Assembly: GCA_050084515.1 (NCBI GenBank)
Contig: CM114271.1
Location: 45,074,001 to 45,138,000, forward strand
Length of the DNA: 64,000 bases
Reading direction: 5' to 3'
Origin: Blasia pusilla
Lineage: Eukaryota
The notes under the pieces were generated by a model, which worked only from the letters and a program-made list of their open reading frames with translations, was not told the origin of the DNA and searched no databases. The position numbers were made by a program, and so were the translations under genes. Position 1 is the stretch's first letter, and every line of letters begins with the position of its first letter. Positions 1 to 17,096 of the stretch are shown here, in pieces.

Positions 1-2207
1 TCTTCATCCCATTTCTAAACTTGAGTATAAATAGTGGATTGATATCATCCACATTCTCCGGATACATGTTGACATCAATCTTGGGTTGGATCCAAAATGC
101 AAAGATCTATGTAATGCAAACATGCTCCGAACTCCCTCCGTCTATGAGTCTGAAACCAACACTTGTAAGATTGTTCACTTCCTCGTGAGTGCAATTGATC
201 CCTACAGCAATACGCCTAATCGTGGGGGTATTCCCTGGAGCTCCAATGGTAGTTGGATAAGATGTTCCCAAAGCGCATGATTCATTTGGGCAGAATAAGT
301 ACTTCAATTGAACCCCGGTTCTCGTAAAATGATCAAAAGTTTTCAGCCCCAAGAAGCCTGGCACTGATCGTCCTGTCCTTGTAAAATTCTTATTTAGGAT
401 AGTGCCACATGCTCTCCTAAATCCATTTGATCCTGCTCTGCAAGTGGAGCCACGTCCAGGGTTGCTTCGAGAAATATGCCTCCGCTTGAGGTTGCAATCA
501 ACCTCAATGACCGGAATCCCATACTTTTGAACTTCCACCGAGACTGTCTGTTGGGAAGTTCTAGCAAAAGAGGCATTTTGAAATAAAACATTCATTAATT
601 TTGAAGGATTTCTTGAATTTGGGAGCAATTCGGTGTCTTCGAATACCTGGGCAGGGTAATTTCATCATCCGAATAAACCACCGGATTCTTTCCTTGATGT
701 TGACGCTTGACTTGCTTGAAGTCAATATACTATTTTGGTCTCCAAGAGTCTCGCTCAGACTGCTCTACCACCATCTGTATGGGACATCTCAAAACACATC
801 CACGAATGTCCCCACCAATGTGGACATCTTTCTCGAGAGGAGTTCCACCTACGCATCGGTTGAAGGCTTCCACATACAGTTTTTCATAGATCTTACAGCG
901 GCTCTAACATAGAGCTCATAAATTGAAGGGCCCTTTCCCTTGGTTATGCCTTTTGTGAGGAAGATGTGGAATACTGCAGATTGTAGGATTGCTCTTGCTT
1001 GGTCTTGTTGGCATGCCTCAACGAGAGATATTTTTTGACATGTTTGTGATGAACTCTAGGAGGAATGGACACTCTTGGCTCCATTTGTGTTGGGGCAGAG
1101 GGCATTTTTGTGAATGTTCAGTCCCTGCATAGGAGAACTTGTCAATTGAAGGAGGGAACGCCTAAGTGTTCAACCCTTGCAACCTGTCGCAATCTGACGG
1201 GTTGCAAGCAAGATACAACTATAGGGACCAAAATCTAGCTGCAAGAAGCATTTAGTTGTAAACAACCAACCCGTCAATAAGAAGTATGAACAGAAATTGC
1301 AACCTCCATGTTGCTGACAACTACCAACGCGGGAGTGGTTCGACGGGTTGCAGCATGTAATTTGCAGGACAAGCAGCAATCCGTCGGAATCTGACGGGTA
1401 GCAAGCAGCTTTTTTCCGAAATGTTCTACTTGCAACCCATCCGAATGGGACGGGTTGCAAGTTGAACTTTTTTCACAAAAAATTACTTGCAACCCATAAG
1501 ATTGAAAGATGATTTTTTTTTGCAAAAAAGTTACTTGCAACCTGTCGGATTCCGATGGGTCGCACCTATATGTTTTTCGCAAAAAATCTGCTTGCAACAT
1601 GTTGGAATCTGACGGGTTGCAACCCGTCGGATTCGACGGGTTTCTTAACTCTGATGCAACCTGTTGGTTCCGATGGGTTGCTTAACCTACCTATTTTTCA
1701 ACCCATAGGATTCCGACGTATTGCAACCTCACACTTGGACTGCATACTTGGAGAAAATGGAGAAAACTCAACTGCCGCATGAAGTTTCCCCATTGCCTCA
1801 TGCGAATGGTCCACCAACTAAGCCACAAACACAACTCTTTGTATTTTACCTCAATCGCATGCTTCCTCCACCACACATGAAGCTCTTCTTGGCACTCCAT
1901 GGCTTGTTTCAAGATTTTGCTATCCTTGCAATGTTGAAGTAGAGCTACATGCTCAGTTCTCTTAGTCTACTTGATGCAAGATTTTGTGTAGCGAGTCATG
2001 GACTGCTGCCAATGGCAAGCATCGGAACTTCCCACCCCCCCACCCCCAGAAACACTTCCTTGATAGCGATCCATCCCGGTTGGGCATTGTCCGCCATGAA
2101 GCCATATATTTCAAGAGGAGGTTTTTTTTTTTTTTTTTTTTCCTTCACCACCTCCAATTAGAGTAACCATCACATCTTCAAGCTGTCAACATCTTCCGCT
2201 TTCACCT
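1..2207 (-). pseudogene. MULE (Mutator-like) DDE transposase, 3' portion, degenerate; predicted intron ~1125-1771
   Basis: Manual minus-strand translation: EVKAEDVDSLKM..LEVVKE..PLEIYGFMADNAQPGWIAIKEVF..SDACHWQQS..WLSWWTIRMRQWGNFMRQ | GLNIHKNALCPNTNGAKSVHSS. This contains the MULE second Asp, a CxxH-type motif and an N-x-x-E-S-x-H motif with E mutated to K. The acceptor is ttctcctatgcag at 1125 and the donor is degenerate (cag|ttgagt). Bases 1-330 are homologous to the SWIM-containing fragment at 25.4-26.1 kb. Confidence 0.75.
1177..1728. repeat. Array 1 of ~10-12 degenerate 29-bp palindromes TGCAACCCGTCGGA-N-TCCGACGGGTTGCA, inside the predicted transposase intron
   Basis: Copies seen at ~1177, 1340, 1376, 1430, 1536, 1593, 1618, 1655 and 1697, separated by mostly non-repetitive A/T-rich spacers. 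Confidence 0.9.
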
Positions 2208-2880
2208 CTCGAGGGGGACACTCTACGTATACCTCCTACATCACCTACGACGTTTTGGGGTCGGAAACCCCTAACTTATCAGTGAAATTTTTTTTTCCTC
2301 CCACTTACTTACTTTATGACCCCTACATTTTGTTAAGTAAATTTGTGTCCTTGATTTGTTTAGGGGTTTGAAAGTAAAGATAAGTACGCCTTCACGCGGC
2401 GGTCTTGTATTTTTGCACTTGATAATAGGCTATTAAAAGCTTTCAGAAATACCCAAGCCACTGCCAAACATAGTAATGATATGTAAGGTGGAATTATATG
2501 TATGTTTCCATTTAATCAATATTTAGTGCAACTTCCACTTTCCCTGTTACTTTGACACGTATGACGGAGAGGAATTGAACCTCAGTATGGTTAGGATGCT
2601 CATATGGCCACGCCGTCATCCCCCTAACATATCCCCTCCCAAAACTAGCCTATCATAAACTCATAAAATGACTTCACACTATAACATGCACATCACTTGG
2701 CAAAAGACGATACGTTGCGGATATAATCATTGATCACTCGTAAATCACTGTTATCCAATTCATATATCCTGGATATAAGACTTGGCTTCATGGACAAGCT
2801 CACATTTGAAATCACCATTTCAATGCCAATATATTGGCCATCACATGCATCATATGTGAACAAGGTGTTGCTCTTACCAA

Positions 2881-4520
2881 TTAAGGTATTGCTTTGTGCG
2901 CCGATACCAATTGCACAATATCTGACAAACTTGTCTGTCCATCTTTTAGGAGAGGTCGGTCCAAAAGATCAATAGGAGATCTACATCTACCCCATTGACT
3001 ACCATATTTTTTTTTTATGAATAGAATGCGACCTAACCAAAACCCTTTTGTAGGGACTATTCTGTTCTCATCTAAGTCTTTTTTTTTTCTCTTCTTTGAC
3101 TTACTTGATCTAGTAGAAGGTCCAACTTGTGTAGTAGACTCAAACAAAACACCTACATCACTTCCAATGTCAACATAAAAAGTTGGGCAATCTGGATTAC
3201 TTGGTTCTTTTACCTTACCTGTAGTGTAATATGTTTTCTGTGACATCCGTGTTAGTCTATCTTTAGAAATGAAAGGATTGCAGGCCCAATCACTCACCAA
3301 AGTGGACTTGTAGTATATTCTGCCCTCAAATGTCACAGTAGGCACAACTTTATAAGGAACTCCATGTGTGCACTCCTGCAAAATTGAACTGAAAACATGC
3401 CTTACCTCATGTCTCAATATTTTTGTCTCTGTGGATGGATTATTATCTGCATCCTCAGCCAAGTCCTCACCAATCACTCTAGACTCAAGAAAGGTTGGTG
3501 CATCACTTTCCCAAGCATCAAGACTATTGAAATCCCTCTGCATTGGGTCATCAATTTATGTTTCATCAACACTAGACTCCTCGGGTGGGCAAGGGCCTAC
3601 TGTTGGTCTATGTTCAACAAAATCCTCAAAGTCATCACATGCAACTGTCTCATTTATAACAGCAGAATCAGGCCACGTCTGTGCCTTCACATCTGATGGA
3701 TGCAACCACCATTGCCTTTGACCTGTAGGCAAAGAGGACCTAGGAGACATACTTAACCTACTCAATATAGATTTTGCTTCATCCAAACCCTCTTTAAGGG
3801 CATGAACTACTAGCTCATTAGTCTGAATTAATGAATATTCAAACAAGTTATGAGCATCTTCTCCTATACCTAACGGATGGAGAGTTCCCCACACATGATC
3901 TTGCTTTGGGTGAGACTAGTCAATCTTTAATCCTTCTGGTCCAAATTCCAAGCCAGCCAGTCTATTCAATCCCACCGCACTCTCCAACAAAGAACCAAAA
4001 TCATAGTTCCGTTCATAGGCATTCATTCCACCTACCTTGCTGAAGAAGATCTCACAACAATCAGATCCTAGGAGGTGAAATGGAACTTGCAAGTATGGAT
4101 ACTTGTCACGGAAAGCACACATTAGTAATACAATAAAATGGCAAGACATGTTGATATCATGGAAAGCTTGCACTGATATCATGTTCTTCTTTGTCACAGA
4201 TCCTACACTCCTTGTCATAGAATGATCACCATATCTCAGCCAAAGTGTCTAGAGTTGAAAGAACCACGACACTTTAGATGCCAAAACTACACGACTCTTC
4301 AGGTCATACTTACATGAGAAGAAAATATCAATGTAATTACCACAAAACTCCAAGTATAGTTGGGTCCCGAGGCTTCTGTCATGGCGAACATCCATTCTCT
4401 CAAACATATCCTACAAACAAGATAATATTCTCTTTGAAGAAATTCCTTGAGGCCCATCCCAATTATGTCTGCCAGTCCTATTCACATCATCCCACTTCAA
4501 GCCATGCTCATGGATTTTGT
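2881..4520 (-). pseudogene. P-element/THAP9-like transposase, 3' half
   Basis: KIHEHGLKWDDVNRTGRHNW..GTQLYLEFC..PFHLLGSDCCEIFFSKVGG (resembles the D-x-x-E-x-x-F catalytic Glu region), then ORFs 3556-3894 and 2881-3543. It continues the protein that stops at 8466 on the opposite strand. Confidence 0.6.
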
Positions 4521-5097
4521 CTATATGCTTTGAATTTTGTACAGGAGACCAAGTAGGAGGAGGAGTTTTCAGATAGAGACTGTGTAGTTAATTGGGAGCG
4601 GCATGATAGTTGCCAAAGAGTAACTATCAAGGGAAGCTACTTCTATTCTTTGCTTTAGAGCATGGATCCCGAGCTACCAATGCATATGATTGTTTGGTAG
4701 CCACAGTATACCTCTACTGCAAGCCTCAATGAGATAAGGCTACCACTCTCAAGGAGCTGGTATTTCCCCCTAATGATACTTTTAGATGAATTCACTTGCA
4801 ATAGTCTTTGTAATGATCACAAAGAGCTTTCATCCTAGATTTCCCTCTACAACAAAAAATTGAGTTGTAACATGTTATCGCCTCAAGCAAGGCTTTTGCT
4901 CACTCCTCTTCAATGTGGGGAAAATTTCTTCAAATACCCCGGAATCGAGCGACATGTCCTAGAGTTTTGGCCTGGAATTCTCCAATAACCGCATCTGATA
5001 CTCTAGGGGTAATTGCACACAAAATGTTTTAACACCTTTAGTAAACTATTCAAAATATATAATAGCATGGATAAGATTGTAAGATACAAATTGAGAC

Positions 5098-5410
5098 CAC
5101 TACGTTTCTGCTTGTGTTTGCACAAGCATAAACGTGGTTGATACAATGCACAACCCTTATGTTGCTCCTGATGCACTCATCTTCTTGCATCACTATTGTG
5201 ATGGATGCAAGGTATATCATGCTAGCATATACGACTTAGTGTAGTGTCGTAGATGTCCCCGTGCTTGGTGTTATGTTCAGACCCCAGGAGGCAAGAGACA
5301 CTTGCACAAAGGCTGTGATGATAATGGCAGGTGGAATTTTGGTGAGTGGCGACTTGTGTATTGCCGTCATCATACAATTCCAAAGGGCTAGTGTGTGCCT
5401 ACTCGCGAGT
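5098..5410 (+). pseudogene. EDM2/NSD-type PHD zinc-finger remnant
   Basis: Single frame from 5188: HHYCDGCKVYHASIYDLV*CRRCPRAWCY..HKGC..WRLVYCRHHTIPKG, i.e. an H-x-C-x2-C ... C-R-R-C-P ... Y-C-x2-H pattern. Confidence 0.5.
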
Positions 5411-6000
5411 GAACCTACCATGGCACTAGCCCCTCAACCTTCTTTCTAAGATACTCCACTTGGGTAATAGATGAAAGTTAGGCCACTAGATTTTGGGATT
5501 TAGGACTGAGTATTTAAAAGAAAATGTTTGCCCCGTGGTGGCTTTAAACGGAATGTCTTAAATTAAGGAGATGACATGACTATATATACAAATTTATGCT
5601 AAGTGAGATTGAATGCAAAGTAGCATTTAATTCTAGAATTGCTTTGAATCTTATCTATGGTGTTGTATTCTCTGTTGTGGTTTGTATAATAGGTTTATAT
5701 GTGTATCCTCATAGTTTCCAAAGTTGACTTGTAGTAGAGCTAATTTCAGATTGGTTGAAAAGAGGGGTGAAGGAGAGAATGATGAGAGTATTTGTATTTT
5801 AGGTTACTTAGATGGGCAGACACTAGCAGACATGTGCTTGAAATGTTCTACAATTGTGGAATTTGATTTTGATTTCTGGGACTTCAAGCTCCCTTGTAGA
5901 ACGCACAGGGATGCAGAGAAGGTCATTCTGCTGATGGAATTGGATGGTATAGTAGGCCTATGTTATTCAACAATTACCTGTAGGCCCTTGTGGGAGGACA

Positions 6001-8466
6001 ATGCAAGTGTCCTCCCAATCTTCTTCAACCACCTTGTCTATTATAGCCGAGACTGTAGCAGGTTCAGCTCCAGTGTCTAAGAACCATATTGAAATTGAGG
6101 CACATCCGGTGGGTTTAATTGATATCACAAACCAAGGTTCCGTCCGGACCTCATTTGAGTCAGTGGTGATGGCAGATCCAGCTGCAAAATGCTATAATGA
6201 TGAGATAATGAGATTAGGGAAGTGGGTTGAGAAGAATGGATACAAGGATCACAATTGGAGGGTGAGGACATGGGATGATGGAACATATGTCAGTGGACAT
6301 CTAGAGTGTTTGGAGTGTAGAGTGAACTATGGGAATGCAGAGAATTCCCAAAATGTGAAAGCTATTGCAAATTGCTTTAGCAATTTTAGGACAAAGCATC
6401 TAGTTAACTCGAAACATAAGGATAGCTTCTCTAAGAGAAGGAAATTTCCTACATCATTGATGCAGCCTAGTGACATTGTTCACAGACCTGAATTTGATCA
6501 TGGTGAGGCCATTTCTAGAGGACTAGAGATTGTCTCCCACCTGAATGATGATGTTGGGGGTGATAGGGAGGTATGCCAATATGTCATACCTGTTTAAGGT
6601 CAGGTGTAGGGTGTGTGGAAAGTTGCATACAGACATGTGCCCAAAGAAATTGAATTTGGATCATAATTTGAGACAACACATGGTTAGTCGGGATCACTTG
6701 GATGCCTCTTACGTCAAGGAGGCTTCTGTGGAGATTGCATTGAGGTGCAGGAAGAGAGCGGACCAAGGAAAGCAGATACAAGGGATCAACACCTATCACA
6801 GGGATCAATCTTGAAGTTCTTCACAAGAGATAAGTCCAACGTTGGGAGCTCTTCTGAGAAAGGTGGGTGAGATCGAGCAATAGATCCAGGACTAAGTTTG
6901 CTTTGTTGGGGATTGTGGGATGAAATGGTGAAGTCGAGAGGAGATCGAATGGATGTCAAGGCTGTTCTTGATGATCAAGAGGGAGGAGCCTTGTGGGATT
7001 TTCAGTTAACCTGTTGTGCACATGTTTACAATCCTACTCTAGAGTCTCTAGTGACCATTCAAGGTTGTTTTAGACACAAGCAATGTGAAAGGTTGTCTTA
7101 CAATGGTGGCGGGTTTATGAACCTAACGTGTAGTAAATGTGAGTTAGTAAAGCGATTGGATGATTTCCTTGGTCAGGTGCACAGGGAACCAGAAGCTTTA
7201 GTGCCAAGAGGAGCTAGAGATACCAGGGGGGGGGATATGGTTGGATTGTCTCACCAAGATAGAGCACAGAATGCACGTTGCAAATGTGACTTCCAAATTC
7301 AGAAAGTAACGATGGCTTCTATCAGAGTATGCTGCCAAAGTAGTTGCCTTGAGTACTAGGCGGAGGAAACTAGAGGAATTATTAGGAGTAGCTACAGATA
7401 GGAAGGATCTGAGACTGTTCCTTAGGAATATAGTGAATGGGCATAGGATTGGGGTATTTGGTGGCAAAGAAGGGTTATGGGATTTCATGACAGATGTTGC
7501 TAGAAATCTAACTAGGGCTGCCAAGGGTTTTAGGTACGGTAAAAGAACCATAGCCATAGCCCAAGCATCCTTAGCCCACTGCTTTTAGAAGAACTTAGGT
7601 GGTCCAAGTCTAAAAACATTGAAGTGAGACAGAGCCAAGTTACCATCCTTGAGTTGGATTATGCAAAGAGATATTCATGGAGGTTGGCATAATTTTATAC
7701 GCATCAAAGCAAACTCTTGGAATTGAAGGAGATGTCCTTGTAATATTTGTAGAGGATGAAACAAGGATTAAGGAGAGGCCTAGGTGAGTGTTTTGAGATT
7801 CAATACAACAAATTATAAGCCATCAAGAATTTTCTGCTTGTGAATATAACCTAACATTACAAAGTCATGTCGGACAGATGGGAGGCCAAGTATGATATCC
7901 TGATTGGGTTTTGTGGGCCCAAAGAGGCACACCAATGTTCATATGGAATGGAAGTACTGGTCGGGGAGGGTGATGAGGACTACCATAAGATTGTAAGTAC
8001 TTTCCAAGGTTACTGTAAAGGCATGTATGCTAGAGTTATCATTGTAAATCCTCTTCATGAGTCTATGCCTAAATTGGCCATCTGTGTTACTGCCACATGT
8101 AACAAGTTCACTGCAGATTGGGTGAGACAACATCGGGTGCAGCTGAAAGCAATGTGGGATGAGTATTGTCGAGGTGATGTCGGGCCTTTATTAGGACATG
8201 CCATTGATGGGGATGCTTGTCGTAGAAAACTAATGATGGAGGATTTTAGGGGTGTTAACTCTACTACACCTAGGTATAGTGTGGGGTGGGAAGGATGGCA
8301 GTATTCTGTCTCTATTCTTCCTAATGGTGATTTGTATGGCTTTGGAGACCAAGATGCACCTCACAATGGGAAAAAAAAATTTAATCCGTCGGATAGATGC
8401 TCGCCTACTTGTGTCCTTGGAGATCAACACGCATCTTTGTCATATGTGACAAATGTCTATAACCAC
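6001..8466 (+). pseudogene. P-element/THAP9-like transposase, 5' half (zinc fingers plus catalytic core), predicted intron 7784-7877
   Basis: Two C2H2-like fingers (CLEC..KHLVNSKH; CRVC..QHMVSRDH). Core motifs: VIFVEDETR | WEAKYDILIGFCG, GHAIDGDACRRKLM and DQDAPHNGKKKFNP (P-type D-x-P-H-x-x-K). A GT..AG intron joins the frames. Confidence 0.6.
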
Positions 8467-8469
8467 TAG

Positions 8470-8960
8470 GAAGTGCAGATACGGACACAAGTAGTTCAAC
8501 TGATCATTTGCCGATTCTGACTATACTGATTACACAATTACACAGTTAAAAACTCATCCCACTACTTGGTCTCCTACACAAAATTCACAACACAAAGCAA
8601 GAAAGGATTCTGATATTGCTAAGCTACTCACTTGCCATAATTGTTCCACACATTTAGTCCTCTTCATCCATTGCCCAGATCTATTGCACTGCTAAATAAT
8701 GTCTATTGAGATCCCAATCGCCTCACAGTCTCTATCTCGGCTGAAAACTCCTCCCCTACTTAGTCTCCTATAAAAATTCACAAAGACACAAAAGGAAGAG
8801 CAGATCACGGACACAAGTAGTTCAGCTGGTCACTTGCCAGAATAGTTCAACACATTCATTCCTCTTGATTCATTGCCTCAATGTGTTGCACTGGTAAGTA
8901 ATGTCTATTGGAGATCCCAATCAGTTGAAGTAGATGGTATGATGAAGAGTTATAGCAAAT
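8470..8960 (+). repeat. Tandem degenerate copies derived from the LINE 3' region; an inverted copy lies at ~4521-4610
   Basis: Shares tacttggtctc..aaaattcacaa, gattcattgcc, actggtaagtaatgtctattgg and aagtagatggt with 13890-14090. Confidence 0.7.
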
Positions 8961-9303
8961 CAACATCACCTACCCAACCACTACCCTGCTCTGAGCTTGA
9001 AACACAGACATAGCAAAGCTTCTCTAGCAGAAAATGTCTACTCCTTGATTGTAAACGGATATGCAAGTGAAGTTCATTACTTTGCCTTTTCATTGTTCTC
9101 ACAAAACAATGAAAAGAAGTGTGTTTATACATACACAATATAAACACACTTCTGTGTATTTATATTGTGTGTGTGTTTATATTATATACATACACTCAGT
9201 AGTGTGTGTATAAACATACTCCCCATGAGACGGTCTAATACATGCTGAAGATGGACTATCATGTGCATCTGAGTTTGAAGAAGCCCCGCCCACTTCATTT
9301 GGA

Positions 9304-14413
<5,110 letters not shown>

Positions 14414-15500
14414 GAAGCTCTCTTTATGTTGCATACTTTGTCTTGTTTCTCTCTGCCATGTTGGATCATGTTGCGCGATCATGTCTATTTGCATTTCACT
14501 TATTATTCAAACGCATACGAGTGGCAGTCGAACATTCTGTCTCACGAGATCTTCTAATAATTAGGAGTGACAAATGTCGCTTGATCTTGATCTCTTCATC
14601 TGAGTGTGAGAGAGAGAGAGGACAACGGAGGCACTCACCGTGATAAGAGATACATGAGCAGCGAAGACGGTAAAGATGAGCAGCTCCAAGCTCTTTCCTT
14701 TCTCGTTTGGAGGGGGATCAGCAGACTTTGGAAAAGATCATCGCCTGCGAGGGAGAGCAAGAGAGGGGCAGGTGAAGCTCAAAGTTTGCAACGAGGGAGA
14801 GAGCAGCAAAGAGGGGGCGGAGGGAGATGAGGGTTTAGGCGAGGGGGGTGGTAGTTTTCGAATCAAAACATCTTCCGTCTAGGGCAAGAGCAAGAGAGGG
14901 GCGGGTGAAGCTCGTTAGCAACGAGAGGAGACGAGAGAGCAGCAAAGCGGGGGAGAAAGACAAGGGTTTAGGCGGGGGTGGCCATTTTGAATTGAAATGT
15001 CTTCCGATTTTCTGATCAGGCCAATCGTGTGCGATATTTCTAGGGAAAAGTGATACACTTCAATAAAAATGTTTGAGATTTCTAGGGCAGGGAGTGAAGA
15101 CTTCGTGATCAGTCTCATTTTGAAAGTTTCAGGTCGATCATAGTGTCGTGCTAGCTCTCTCTATGTCTATGGGGAGTGACTTGGTAAGATTTCTTGAAAA
15201 GAGTTGAGGTGGGCAATATGGGTTTAGGGTTTAGGCGAGGAGGGGTGTGTCGTGAAAATGATTAAAAAATAAAACATACCACTCTCCAAAAACAGTAAGT
15301 GCCCAAAGTCACATACCTTGCCAATTCAAATTCAACATAAGTTAGGATAAAAAATCATCCTATTTTTTTGAACTGAAAAATTAATGCTAGCCTAAATTTT
15401 TTTTTCCAAAAGAAGCAATCCAATCATACGAATATAGAGACTTCAAATCTGAACCTAAAAATCGTCTCCCATTTCTTCTTTGACTATGGAAGCGATAATG

Positions 15501-16880
15501 GCAGATCTAAACCGTTGAAAATTGCAACGCATTTAATTCAAACACATGTTCCAAGTTTCAACACCATCCAATGGTTGGAACAAAACATACCTCGATGTCA
15601 ACATGAAAATGAAACAAACCCTTGAAACAAATACTTGAAACATTCCTACTCGGAGCCATCCTCTTCCGTCTTGACCCCTCATTTTCTTCCCTCCCCCTCA
15701 ACCAGGGTTCCAAAAATCATGTAAATTTTCCCAAAGACGCACTCCAAGCCCAGTAACACAGGGGAAAAATCAAAACTTAAAATGACCATCCGCACATGAA
15801 AATAAAAATCGTAAACCCTAGAAATGGTCTCTTAATTTTTATTTTAGTATAGAAGCCAATAAAGCAGATCTGAACCGTTGAAGTTTGCAAGAGATTTAAT
15901 TCAAAGGCATGTGCCACGTTTCAACACCATCCAATGGTTGGGACAAAAGATACCTCAATATGAGCATGAAAATGAAACAAACACTTGAAACATTCCTACT
16001 CGAAGCCATCCTCTCTCGTCTTGACCCATTGTTTTCTTCCCTCCCCTCAACCAGGGTTCCAAAAATCATGAAACTTTTTCCAAAGAGGAAATCCAAGCCC
16101 AAGAACACAAGGGAAAAATCAAAACTTAAAATGACCATCCACACATGAAAATAAAAATCGTAGACCCTAAAAATGGTCTCTTAATTTTTATTTAAGTATA
16201 GAAGCCAATAGAGCAGATCTAAATCGTTGAAATTTGCAAGAGATTTAATTCAAAGGCATGTGCCACGTTTCAACACCATCCAATGGTTGGGACAAAAGAT
16301 ACCACAATATGAACATGAAAATGAAACAAACATTTGAAACATTCCTACTCGGAGCCATCCTCTTCCGTCTTGACCCCTCATTTTCTTCCCTTCCCCTCAA
16401 CCAGGGTTCCAAAAATCATGTAAATTTTCCCGAAGACGCACTCCAAGCCCAGTAACACAAGGGAAAAATCAAAACTTAAAATGACCATCCGCACATGAAA
16501 ATAAAAATCGTAAACCCTAGAAATGGTCTCTTAATTTTTATTTTAGTATAGAAGCCAATAAAGCAGATCTGAACCGTTGAAGTTTGCAAGAGATTTAATT
16601 CAAAGGCATGTGCCACGTTTCAACACCATCAAATGGTTGGGACAAAAGATACCTCAATATGAACATGAAATTGAAACAAACACTTGAAACATTCCTACTC
16701 GAAGCCATCCTCTCTCGTCTTGACCCCTCGTTTTCTTCCTTACCCCTCAACCAGGGTTCAAAAAATCATAAAGTTTTTTCCCAAAAAGGCACTCCAAGCC
16801 CAAGAACACAAGAGAAAAATCAAAACTTAAAATGACCACCCACTCATGAAAATAAAAACCGTAAACCCTAATTTTGGTCT
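15501..16880. repeat. ~350-bp tandem repeat x4, subterminal in the P-like element
   Basis: Unit anchor gcagatct(a/g)aa at ~15501, 15864, 16214 and 16563. Repeated MCHVSTPSNGWDKRY pseudo-ORFs. Confidence 0.95.
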
Positions 16881-17096
16881 CCTATTTTTTTATCTGTCCC
16901 TTACTTCCTTGAACATCTTCCATGAACAAACGAATAATTAATAATGCCCTTTTATTATTATAAGTGTTACCCTATATTAAAAAATACCCTTAAGTTCTTC
17001 CACAAAACTTTATAAGTCTTCCCTAAAATCGAATTAAAAAACCCTATACTTTGTCGTACGTGATAGGTCTCTTCCGTGGAAGTGAGACCCCCCGAG

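Noticed and set aside
5400-5440. TYHGTS resembling an ADP-ribosyltransferase YHGT motif
   Set aside because: It is an isolated 4-residue match after a stop, with no downstream PARP motifs.
15896-16835. Repeated MCHVSTPSNGWDKRY ORFs
   Set aside because: They are by-products of the 350-bp tandem repeat, and the frames diverge between units.
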